From the IMG/VR virus record IMGVR_UViG_3300032330_001252, positions 18,432-82,431 of that record: 64,000 bases of DNA, one strand, 5' to 3'. This stretch comes from a virus (Duplodnaviria; Caudoviricetes). Shown piece after piece: positions 57,845 through 63,547 of the stretch. Each line of letters opens with the position of its first letter. The first letter of the stretch is position 1. The position numbers were made by a program, and so were the translations under genes. The notes under the pieces are model-generated. The model searched no databases. It saw only the letters and a list, made by a program, of their open reading frames with translations, and was not told where the DNA came from.

Positions 57845-58212
57845 ACTAGATTCCCATATTTATCGCGTGCTCGTGCACCTAGTGAAAAACTTACTTTACC
57901 TTCTGGTAAGTTGCGGAAATCTTTTTTACTGTGCATAGCAATAGCTGCTGCTTGAACTTTAGGATTGCTACTAAACAAATCCCAGTCAGCACGGCCAGTA
58001 AATAGTTTAAATAATTTTGCAGTTTGAATATCTGTTTTAGACCACTCCTTATTTTTAGGAGTTTTGCGACGATACTTAATATTTGTTAGAGCGTCTTTGA
58101 TCTGTTCATTGTTAGGTTGTTGTTTTAGTAGCTTTAGTAGTTTTCGTTTGCGGTTAGCTTCCATTGTCCCTGAGGACTTAGAAGCAGATGTATTTTGTGA
58201 TTTTGTTGCCAC
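57835..58212 (-). CDS. Basic conserved T5-like hypothetical protein
   Basis: EANRKRKL...QPNNEQ..AL motif; GTG start. Confidence 0.65.
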   Translation of the reverse strand: MATKSQNTSASKSSGTMEANRKRKLLKLLKQQPNNEQIKDALTNIKYRRKTPKNKEWSKTDIQTAKLFKLFTGRADWDLFSSNPKVQAAAIAMHSKKDFRNLPEGKVSFSLGARARDKYGNLVWV

Positions 58213-58213
58213 T

Positions 58214-58468
58214 TTAAAACCTTTTTCTTATTTTAAATACGCCATGCTCTTCAGCAGGCTCTAACTCTATGACTCCTGCTTTTTCCAAGTATTGAAGCAC
58301 TTCAAATGCTTCACCATAAGTTTGGATTAGTTGTTCTTCTTGATTAACCAAGTCATGAACAACTTTTAAGAAGTCAAGAGTAACTAGACGCCATTGTTCA
58401 GTATGTAACTGAGTCAATAGCTTCTTGAACGGATTCTCTGTCGTAATGGATGTGGTCTTCGTGAACAT
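58214..58468 (-). CDS. Hypothetical protein (start uncertain, possibly a later TTG)
   Basis: Fills the gap; overlaps the end of the upstream ORF. Confidence 0.45.
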   Translation of the reverse strand: MFTKTTSITTENPFKKLLTQLHTEQWRLVTLDFLKVVHDLVNQEEQLIQTYGEAFEVLQYLEKAGVIELEPAEEHGVFKIRKRF

Positions 58469-58760
58469 ATGCTTCTGTATCGCTTTCTACAACGGCGATA
58501 ACTTTGTTCAAGTTATCCATTTGTGTTTTTGTATTATAACAGGTTTCTAAGGCAACGATAAGGTCTGGAATAGACTCAATCGAGATTGGCATATAACGAT
58601 CACAACCATCAGAAATAGCTACTTCATCTGTACCACCAGGATTAGTTCCAAACTCTACTTGATTGTAGAAGAAGTCACCATCCTTGTTAGGGCCAAACAA
58701 ACCATCATCGCCAAAAGTATCAATGTCGGTATGCGGGACTTGGGAGAAATAAATTTTCAT
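58398..58760 (-). CDS. Acidic hypothetical protein (MKIYFSQVPH...)
   Basis: ATG at 58760 lies downstream of promoter 58797-58825; the longer ORF-track start overlaps that promoter. Confidence 0.6.
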   Translation of the reverse strand: MKIYFSQVPHTDIDTFGDDGLFGPNKDGDFFYNQVEFGTNPGGTDEVAISDGCDRYMPISIESIPDLIVALETCYNTKTQMDNLNKVIAVVESDTEAYVHEDHIHYDRESVQEAIDSVTY

Positions 58761-58796
58761 GTTGTTTTCTTTGTAAAAATTGTTTTTGGAATATAT

Positions 58797-58825
58797 ATTA
58801 TAGCAAAAATAGCTCTTGAGTTCAA
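58797..58825 (-). promoter_or_regulatory. sigma70-type phage promoter
   Basis: TTGAAC-N17-TATAAT(ATAT). Confidence 0.8.
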
Positions 58826-58841
58826 GAAAATATTTTTGAAA

Positions 58842-58866
58842 CAAAAATCCCAGCCGTAGCTGGGAT
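58842..58866 (-). terminator. Terminator after tRNA-Ile2
   Basis: atcccagc-cgta-gctgggat followed by TTTTGTTT on the minus strand. Confidence 0.8.
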
Positions 58867-58869
58867 AAG

Positions 58870-58944
58870 TGGTGCCCTGACTAGGAATTGAACCTAGACT
58901 CAACCGATTATGAGTCGGCTGCTTTACCATTAAGCTATCAGGGC
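58870..58944 (-). tRNA. tRNA-Ile2 (CAT; lysidine type) or tRNA-Met
   Basis: GCCCTGA/TCAGGGC acceptor; CCGACTCATAATCGG anticodon arm like bacterial Ile2; encoded CCA. Confidence 0.85.
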
Positions 58945-59348
58945 TTTGTTTGACTAGCTAACTCTTTGTATCCGCGCCCTGTAGGGTGAATACCATCTGC
59001 ACTCATTTTATCTTTGGGTCGAGGCAGGACTATATCCCCATACTGTTTGGCGATTTCTTCTATAGCTGTTTGTGCTTCTGGTTTGCGTTCCCTGCCTGGG
59101 CTAATCCAAAATACTCGTTTAGCTACTACTTGACTACGAACTGTTTCTAGTTCGCGTTTAGTTTTTATACCTTTGTGATCATTAGCACCAAGACTAATAA
59201 TCACAGTATCTGCGGATAAGTCTTTTGTAATATGCTGATTAACCCAAGACCAAGAATTAATGCCACTTTTAGCAATAGCCTGACACTCTGGTCTTTGCAT
59301 ACTTACACCAACGGCAATACTATCGCCTAATATTAGACATTCTAACAT
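58938..59348 (-). CDS. SGNH/GDSL-type hydrolase
   Basis: GDSIAVG; SLGAND; DGIHP blocks. Confidence 0.8.
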   Translation of the reverse strand: MLECLILGDSIAVGVSMQRPECQAIAKSGINSWSWVNQHITKDLSADTVIISLGANDHKGIKTKRELETVRSQVVAKRVFWISPGRERKPEAQTAIEEIAKQYGDIVLPRPKDKMSADGIHPTGRGYKELASQTKP

Positions 59349-59862
59349 TCTTTTTTACTTCTTCTAGTGAAATAGGTGTAAAATTGATTCGTTCCATAGA
59401 TACATTAAAATATCTATAGTCAGGAATCTGTGAAACAGTCATGCGCACTACATTGTTGTGTAAATGCCCATGCACATTAAGACCCCAACGAGCAAGGCTT
59501 TCAGGGTGGATAGGAATATGTGTTAGGATCATTCCGTCAAACTGATGACTACCACGAATGTCTTTGAAGTATTGTAGATACTGATGTGCACTACAAAGAT
59601 CGTGATTGCCTTTGACTAGGACTTTTTCACCATTCATGCGTGCTAGAATTTCTAGACCCTTAGCATTACGGCTCATTGAAACATCGCCTAGAAAATATAC
59701 TTTGTCTGATGGCTTTACTACGCGGTTGTGGCAGTAAACCATATGCTCATTCATATGGTCAACATCGTCAAACACGCGCAGGGGTGTACCGTCCTGATTT
59801 TTAAAAGTCAAGATGTTTTTGTGATGAAAGTGATGGTCACTTGCGAAAAAGATGTTTGCCAT
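59320..59862 (-). CDS. Calcineurin-like metallophosphoesterase
   Basis: SDHH; LGDV; KGNHD; THIP; HGHLH. Confidence 0.88.
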   Translation of the reverse strand: MANIFFASDHHFHHKNILTFKNQDGTPLRVFDDVDHMNEHMVYCHNRVVKPSDKVYFLGDVSMSRNAKGLEILARMNGEKVLVKGNHDLCSAHQYLQYFKDIRGSHQFDGMILTHIPIHPESLARWGLNVHGHLHNNVVRMTVSQIPDYRYFNVSMERINFTPISLEEVKKNVRMSNIRR

Positions 59863-59889
59863 AAATAGAAAATCCCCGAAACAGTATAT

Positions 59890-59918
59890 ATTATACTCGA
59901 TTCGGGGATATAGTTCAA
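59890..59918 (-). promoter_or_regulatory. sigma70-type promoter overlapping a hairpin
   Basis: TTGAAC-N17-TATAAT(ATAT); inverted repeat at 59872-59880 / 59901-59909. Confidence 0.75.
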
Positions 59919-59928
59919 GATTGAATTT

Positions 59929-60003
59929 TGGTACCTCGTGACAGGTTCGAACTGCCGACCCTCGCCGTGTAAAGGCGTAGCTCTACCACTGAGCTAACGA
60001 GGC
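59929..60003 (-). tRNA. tRNA-Val (TAC)
   Basis: Cloverleaf; loop TTTACAC; TTCGAA T-loop; CCA. Confidence 0.92.
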
Positions 60004-60004
60004 A

Positions 60005-60078
60005 TGGAGCGGGGTGCGAGAATCGAACTCGCAACTCTAACTTGGAAGGATAGCGTTTTACCACTAAACTAACCCCGC
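60005..60078 (-). tRNA. tRNA-Gly (TCC)
   Basis: GCGGGGT/ACCCCGC acceptor; loop CTTCCAA; CCA. Confidence 0.92.
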
Positions 60079-60083
60079 GTATT

Positions 60084-60158
60084 TGGAGCAGGATGTCGGG
60101 TTCGAACCGACGACATTCTCGTTGGCAACGAGACATTCTACCACTGAATTAATCCTGC
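60084..60158 (-). tRNA. tRNA-Gly (GCC)
   Basis: GCAGGAT/ATCCTGC acceptor; TCTCG-TTGCCAA-CGAGA; CCA. Confidence 0.93.
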
Positions 60159-60159
60159 G

Positions 60160-60250
60160 TGGCGGAAGACGGAGGAGTCGAACCCCATCCCATTTCTGAG
60201 AACCTAGTTTTCAAGGCTAGTCGCCGACCTGCTCAGCTGCATCATCTTCC
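60160..60250 (-). tRNA. tRNA-Ser (TGA), long variable arm, imperfect D-stem
   Basis: GGAAGAT/GTCTTCC acceptor; G discriminator; loop CTTGAAA; variable hairpin TCTCA-GAAA-TGGGA; CCA. Confidence 0.8.
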
Positions 60251-60810
60251 TGTGCTTCTTGTTCACGTTTTTTAAGTACGCGACCTAATCTTTCGACAAC
60301 TTCATCCGAAGTCATCCAAATGTCTTTGTTGTGAAGCATATCTTTAATTTCTGCTTCAGTAAGGAAGTCTTTGTAGACTTCGCTTAAAAATTTCTCTGAC
60401 CATGCTCGTTCAAACTGTAGCTGATCATACATTTCTCCACCTTTGCCAAATGTTCCTGCACTATAGTTGTGAAACATAAATAGTGAATGTGGAGTTACTT
60501 GATACTCATGTCCACTAAGAAAAATCATAGTAGCAGCACTCATACAAGCACCTTCTACGCTAGTAATAATGTGAGCATCTGACTCACCCATTACGCGTAG
60601 GAATTGTAGTGTCGTGTAAAGATCACCACCCATTGAATTGATGTAAATACAAATTACATCAGTTGCTCTAGCGTTGCGAATACAGTCAAACCATTCTACA
60701 TACTCTTGAGCATCTAAAATCTCGCCTGATAAGTAGAATTCGTGTACACTAGATGTTGATTTTGTAAATTGGTTGTTTCCGCCCAATTTAGGGTCTAAGT
60801 CTTTACTCAT
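60217..60810 (-). CDS. ClpP-like serine protease
   Basis: YLSGEI; YINSMGG; CMSAA (catalytic Ser); FMFH (His); KDIWM (Asp); CAGGAG RBS. Confidence 0.88.
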   Translation of the reverse strand: MSKDLDPKLGGNNQFTKSTSSVHEFYLSGEILDAQEYVEWFDCIRNARATDVICIYINSMGGDLYTTLQFLRVMGESDAHIITSVEGACMSAATMIFLSGHEYQVTPHSLFMFHNYSAGTFGKGGEMYDQLQFERAWSEKFLSEVYKDFLTEAEIKDMLHNKDIWMTSDEVVERLGRVLKKREQEAQEDDAAEQVGD

Positions 60811-60826
60811 AATGCTCCTGTTAATA

Positions 60827-61140
60827 CTAGCTTATTCTGTTACGAGGAAAACTAGCGAAACCCTAAGCGGCAATTAAGCTGCTAAAGCGTAAACTGAATC
60901 GTTTGCGTTTATTTTTGTTTTGCTTCTGCAACTGGGAACAACCCCAATCCTAAGGCTTCTGCGTTACCTAGTTGTCCACGCCTTTACTCTTTGCCCTGTC
61001 GAAACCAAATGCAGCCCCATCAGAAGTATACCACGCTAGAGCCCATATAGGTTTCTTTCATCTAGGACATATACTTCTGGTGGAGCTGGGCGGAGTCGAA
61101 CCGCCGTCCAGAACACTTTTCTTTTTGCTTCATACAACCA
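60827..61140 (-). ncRNA. ssrA: Circularly permuted (two-piece) tmRNA: acceptor piece ~61140-61078, intervening segment 61077-61019, coding piece 61018-~60827
   Basis: T-arm GGCGG-TTCGACT-CCGCC and CAGCTCC-A-CCA lie upstream of GGGGCTG...TGGTTTCGAC; G3:U70 pair; tag ORF GCA AAC GAT TCA GTT TAC GCT TTA GCA GCT TAA (ANDSVYALAA*) at 60906-60874. Confidence 0.92.
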
Positions 61141-61141
61141 T

Positions 61142-61150
61142 ATTATAACA
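61142..61150 (-). promoter_or_regulatory. Extended -10 promoter for the tmRNA
   Basis: TG-T-TATAAT directly upstream of the acceptor piece. Confidence 0.6.
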
Positions 61151-61252
61151 CACTACCCATGCTGGGTGCTCCCAGTTACCCGCGGAAGGTGTGCGCGCGA
61201 TTACTCCGCATATATGCATTAAGTGGCGAGTAATGTGTTATAATATAGAGTA

Positions 61253-61504
61253 TTAAACATACTCTATGATTACTGAATCATCTGTATAATTTGCATATAG
61301 TAGCTCTATTTCTTGTGCAAATGCTTTAGCATCTGTTAAAGTTGCAAATTCTATTTGTATAGTATTATCGTCTAGTAAAATAAAGTCACCAACAATTTTA
61401 TTTTGCATTACATATCTTGAAAACAAGTTAGTACGTGCATCTATTTTTTCTTGTGATATTTCTTTACTTAAACCAATACCTATTTTACCTATAAGTGTAG
61501 TCAT
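61253..61504 (-). CDS. Hypothetical protein
   Basis: 83 aa AT-rich ORF with a GAG RBS, between tRNA-Thr and the tmRNA. Confidence 0.6.
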   Translation of the reverse strand: MTTLIGKIGIGLSKEISQEKIDARTNLFSRYVMQNKIVGDFILLDDNTIQIEFATLTDAKAFAQEIELLYANYTDDSVIIEYV

Positions 61505-61518
61505 AAATATCTCTAAAC

Positions 61519-61593
61519 TGGTGCCGACTATCGGATTCGAACTGATGACCTATCGCTTACAAGGCGATTGCACTACCACTGTGCTAAGTCGGC
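61519..61593 (-). tRNA. tRNA-Thr (TGT)
   Basis: GCCGACT/AGTCGGC acceptor; ATCGC-CTTGTAA-GCGAT; CCA. Confidence 0.93.
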
Positions 61594-61594
61594 A

Positions 61595-61669
61595 TGGAGT
61601 AGGTGACAGGATTCGAACCTGCATTGAACGGATTTGCAATCCGACGCGTAGCCGTTCCGCCACACCTAC
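61595..61669 (-). tRNA. tRNA-Cys (GCA)
   Basis: GTAGGTG/CACCTAC acceptor; U discriminator; loop TTGCAAA; CCA. Confidence 0.92.
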
Positions 61670-61670
61670 A

Positions 61671-61895
61671 TTAAATTTTTCTACTATTAACTAAAGTACT
61701 AAAAGTATCAAACAACTGAGTAAATTTTAAATCATAAATAGACTCTAATCCTAGTAGGTAATTTGAGATTTCATCGTTGGTCATTTGACCACCTTCAATC
61801 TTGCCTTCTAGTACATTCTTATCTAATAGTTTAATATCTTCAATAATATTCCAGCAATTCATTATTTGCTGTTCTAAATCAAATCTGTCGGTCAT
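61671..61895 (-). CDS. Conserved small phage hypothetical protein
   Basis: DRFDLEQQIMNCW...LLGLESIYDLKF. Confidence 0.7.
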   Translation of the reverse strand: MTDRFDLEQQIMNCWNIIEDIKLLDKNVLEGKIEGGQMTNDEISNYLLGLESIYDLKFTQLFDTFSTLVNSRKI

Positions 61896-62025
61896 TTTCT
61901 AGTTCCTTTAGTTTTTGTTTAATTGCTAAAGCAACAAACTCGCTTAAAGTGATATTTAAGTTTTTTGCTGCTTGTTTTACTTGTTTTAATAACTCTGCGT
62001 CAATATGTATTGTAATTGTTTTCAT
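61879..62025 (-). CDS. Ribbon-helix-helix (CopG-like) protein, 48 aa (not in the ORF track)
   Basis: MKTITIHIDAELLKQVKQAAKNLNITLSEFVALAI: alternating beta strand plus two helices. Confidence 0.6.
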   Translation of the reverse strand: MKTITIHIDAELLKQVKQAAKNLNITLSEFVALAIKQKLKELENDRQI

Positions 62026-62026
62026 A

Positions 62027-62497
62027 CTAATTTGCAAGTACAAATTTTAATCTGTCAGCAGCATAACTAGCTGCAAATGCTCGTGGTTTTACTTGTGCAT
62101 CAATATTGCAAGTACCTTTGATATACCCTACAGCTTGCTGTACAACTGCACTAGATTTATAGCGTTCATTAGGGTTAATATCTAGATGAACCTCAACATG
62201 ACGATCTTCTAATACATCGGCTAATTCGTGGAATAGATCGCTTACTTTATAAACTTCTTGCATTAAACGCATTGAAGGTTTGCTGGCTTTTTGATCCCAG
62301 TCACGTTCACGCTGAACATCACCAAAAATCTTACAGCCGTGTTTACCATCAATGTGTACTACAATAGCTAAAGTATAGTCTGCGTACCATTTACCATGAA
62401 TTTGTACTCGCTCTGAATCAGCACCTAAATAAACTTTAGTTTCAGGTGAGCATTGCCGAATATAATCTTTTACTTCTTGAATGTTAAATTTACGCAT
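62027..62497 (-). CDS. RNase H-like protein (YkuK/DUF458 type)
   Basis: YLGADS; RLMQEV; VHLDIN; ASYAAD. Confidence 0.75.
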   Translation of the reverse strand: MRKFNIQEVKDYIRQCSPETKVYLGADSERVQIHGKWYADYTLAIVVHIDGKHGCKIFGDVQRERDWDQKASKPSMRLMQEVYKVSDLFHELADVLEDRHVEVHLDINPNERYKSSAVVQQAVGYIKGTCNIDAQVKPRAFAASYAADRLKFVLAN

Positions 62498-62509
62498 GAT
62501 AATTATGTA

Positions 62510-62586
62510 TGGTACGGCCTAAGAGATTCGAACTCCTAACCTTTTCGTTCGTAGCGAAATGCACTAATCCGTTGTGCTAAGGCCGT
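62510..62586 (-). tRNA. tRNA-Arg (ACG)
   Basis: TTTCG-CTACGAA-CGAAA; CCA. Confidence 0.92.
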
Positions 62587-62587
62587 G

Positions 62588-62661
62588 TGGCAGAGGATAG
62601 AAGAATCGAACTTCTGACAACGGAATCAAAATCCGTGGTTATACCATTTAACTAATCCCCA
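62588..62661 (-). tRNA. tRNA-Gln (TTG)
   Basis: ACGGA-TTTTGAT-TCCGT; U1:U72 mismatch; CCA. Confidence 0.9.
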
Positions 62662-62667
62662 ACAATT

Positions 62668-62742
62668 TGGCTCCACAGGCAGGGATCGAACCTACGACCA
62701 ATTGATTAACAGTCAACTGCACTACCGCTGTGCTACTGTGGA
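62668..62742 (-). tRNA. tRNA-Asn (GTT)
   Basis: TCCACAG/CTGTGGA acceptor; loop CTGTTAA; CCA. Confidence 0.93.
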
Positions 62743-62744
62743 AT

Positions 62745-62900
62745 TTACCAGTGATGAATCACACCAGCAATGATAAAGCAGTTAGTTACTAAATAACTAA
62801 CTACAATAATTGTTCTTATAATGGCTACTTTGTCAGCAATGTCATCATTGCCTGCTTTTTCACCTAGGGCTTTTGCCCACAATGTCCAATATTTTTTCAT
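62745..62900 (-). CDS. Small membrane protein, 51 aa (not in the ORF track)
   Basis: MKKYWTLWAKALGEKAG...DKVAIIRTIIVVSYLVTNCFIIAGVIHHW*. Confidence 0.7.
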   Translation of the reverse strand: MKKYWTLWAKALGEKAGNDDIADKVAIIRTIIVVSYLVTNCFIIAGVIHHW

Positions 62901-62905
62901 AAATT

Positions 62906-62980
62906 TGGCGGTCCCAAGGGGTAACGATCCCCTTCTTCAAGCGTGACAGGCTCGCGTGCGTCCATGAACACTTTGAGACC
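62906..62980 (-). tRNA. tRNA-Asp (GTC) with a non-canonical T-loop
   Basis: GGTCTCA/TGGGACC acceptor; loop CTGTCAC; T-arm AGGGG-ATCGTTA-CCCCT; CCA. Confidence 0.88.
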
Positions 62981-62985
62981 AAATT

Positions 62986-63069
62986 TGGTACGAGAGGCGG
63001 GACTCGAACCCGCAAGCCGTAAGGCGGCAGATTTTAAGTCTGCTGTGTATACCATTCCACCACTCTCGC
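62986..63069 (-). tRNA. tRNA-Leu (TAA)
   Basis: GCAGA-CTTAAAA-TCTGC; long variable arm; CCA. Confidence 0.93.
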
Positions 63070-63072
63070 GTT

Positions 63073-63159
63073 TGGTGGGTAACCAGGGAATCGAACCCCG
63101 TTGCCTCTAGAGGCTACAGATTTACAGTCTGCTGAAGTCACCAATGCTTCTCGTTACCC
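63073..63159 (-). tRNA. tRNA-Tyr (GTA)
   Basis: GGGTAAC/GTTACCC acceptor; loop CTGTAAA; variable arm; CCA. Confidence 0.92.
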
Positions 63160-63207
63160 AATATATCAATTATACACAAATTTGATTGGAAAATCAAATC
63201 AAAAATT

Positions 63208-63281
63208 TGGCACCCCGGGAGGGACTCGAACCCCCACTAACGGTTTTGGAGACCGCAGTGCTGCCATTACACCACCGAGAT
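63208..63281 (-). tRNA. tRNA-Trp (CCA)
   Basis: ATCTCGG/CCGGGGT acceptor; GCGGT-CTCCAAA-ACCGT; CCA. Confidence 0.92.
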
Positions 63282-63300
63282 AAAAGCCCTAGAATAAATA

Positions 63301-63375
63301 TTAATAGTCCCTTTAGCTATCACGGCCAAAGGTGTTGTCGCATGGAGCGACATAAGTGATTGAAGTAACTATTAA
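63301..63375 (-). ncRNA. Candidate Y-RNA-like structured RNA (element B)
   Basis: Closing stem TTAATAGT/ACTATTAA; AGTTACTTC motif; hairpins TGTCGC/GCGACA and CCTTTGGC/GCTAAAGG; downstream of the TROVE gene. Confidence 0.5.
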
Positions 63376-63381
63376 AAGCAC

Positions 63382-63482
63382 TAAAGGCTTAGATTTGTAT
63401 AGGAACAAATCGAAACAGTACGTTAGTTTCACCATAAGAAGAAGTAACTGTTTCTATCACCATATACAAATCTAAGCCTTTA
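63382..63482 (-). ncRNA. Candidate Y-RNA-like structured RNA (element A)
   Basis: Perfect 20-bp terminal inverted repeat; inner GAAACAGT/ACTGTTTC stem; same AGTTACTTC motif. Confidence 0.55.
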
Positions 63483-63547
63483 CTTAGAGCACCACTCTCT
63501 CGCTTTGATCGGCTGACTACGATCCCTGGCGTGGATTAATTTATTTA

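Noticed and set aside
58761-58844. N-terminal extension of ORF 58398 given in the ORF track
   Set aside because: It overlaps the promoter at 58797-58825; ATG 58760 is the more plausible start.
60160-60250. Suppressor or selenocysteine tRNA / genetic recoding
   Set aside because: The anticodon is TGA (reads UCA, Ser), not TCA; ORFs end normally at TAA, TAG and TGA with no sign of stop reassignment.
61152-61234. HDV-like (theta) ribozyme fold upstream of the tmRNA
   Set aside because: P3/L3-like ACC-TTCCGCG-GGT and a possible P2 (CGCAC/GTGTG) exist, but I could not build a convincing P1 or J4/2; kept only as an unidentified structured element.
63181-63205. tttgatt-ggaa-aatcaaa hairpin between tRNA-Trp and tRNA-Tyr as a terminator
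   Set aside because: The AT-only 7-bp stem is too weak to call.
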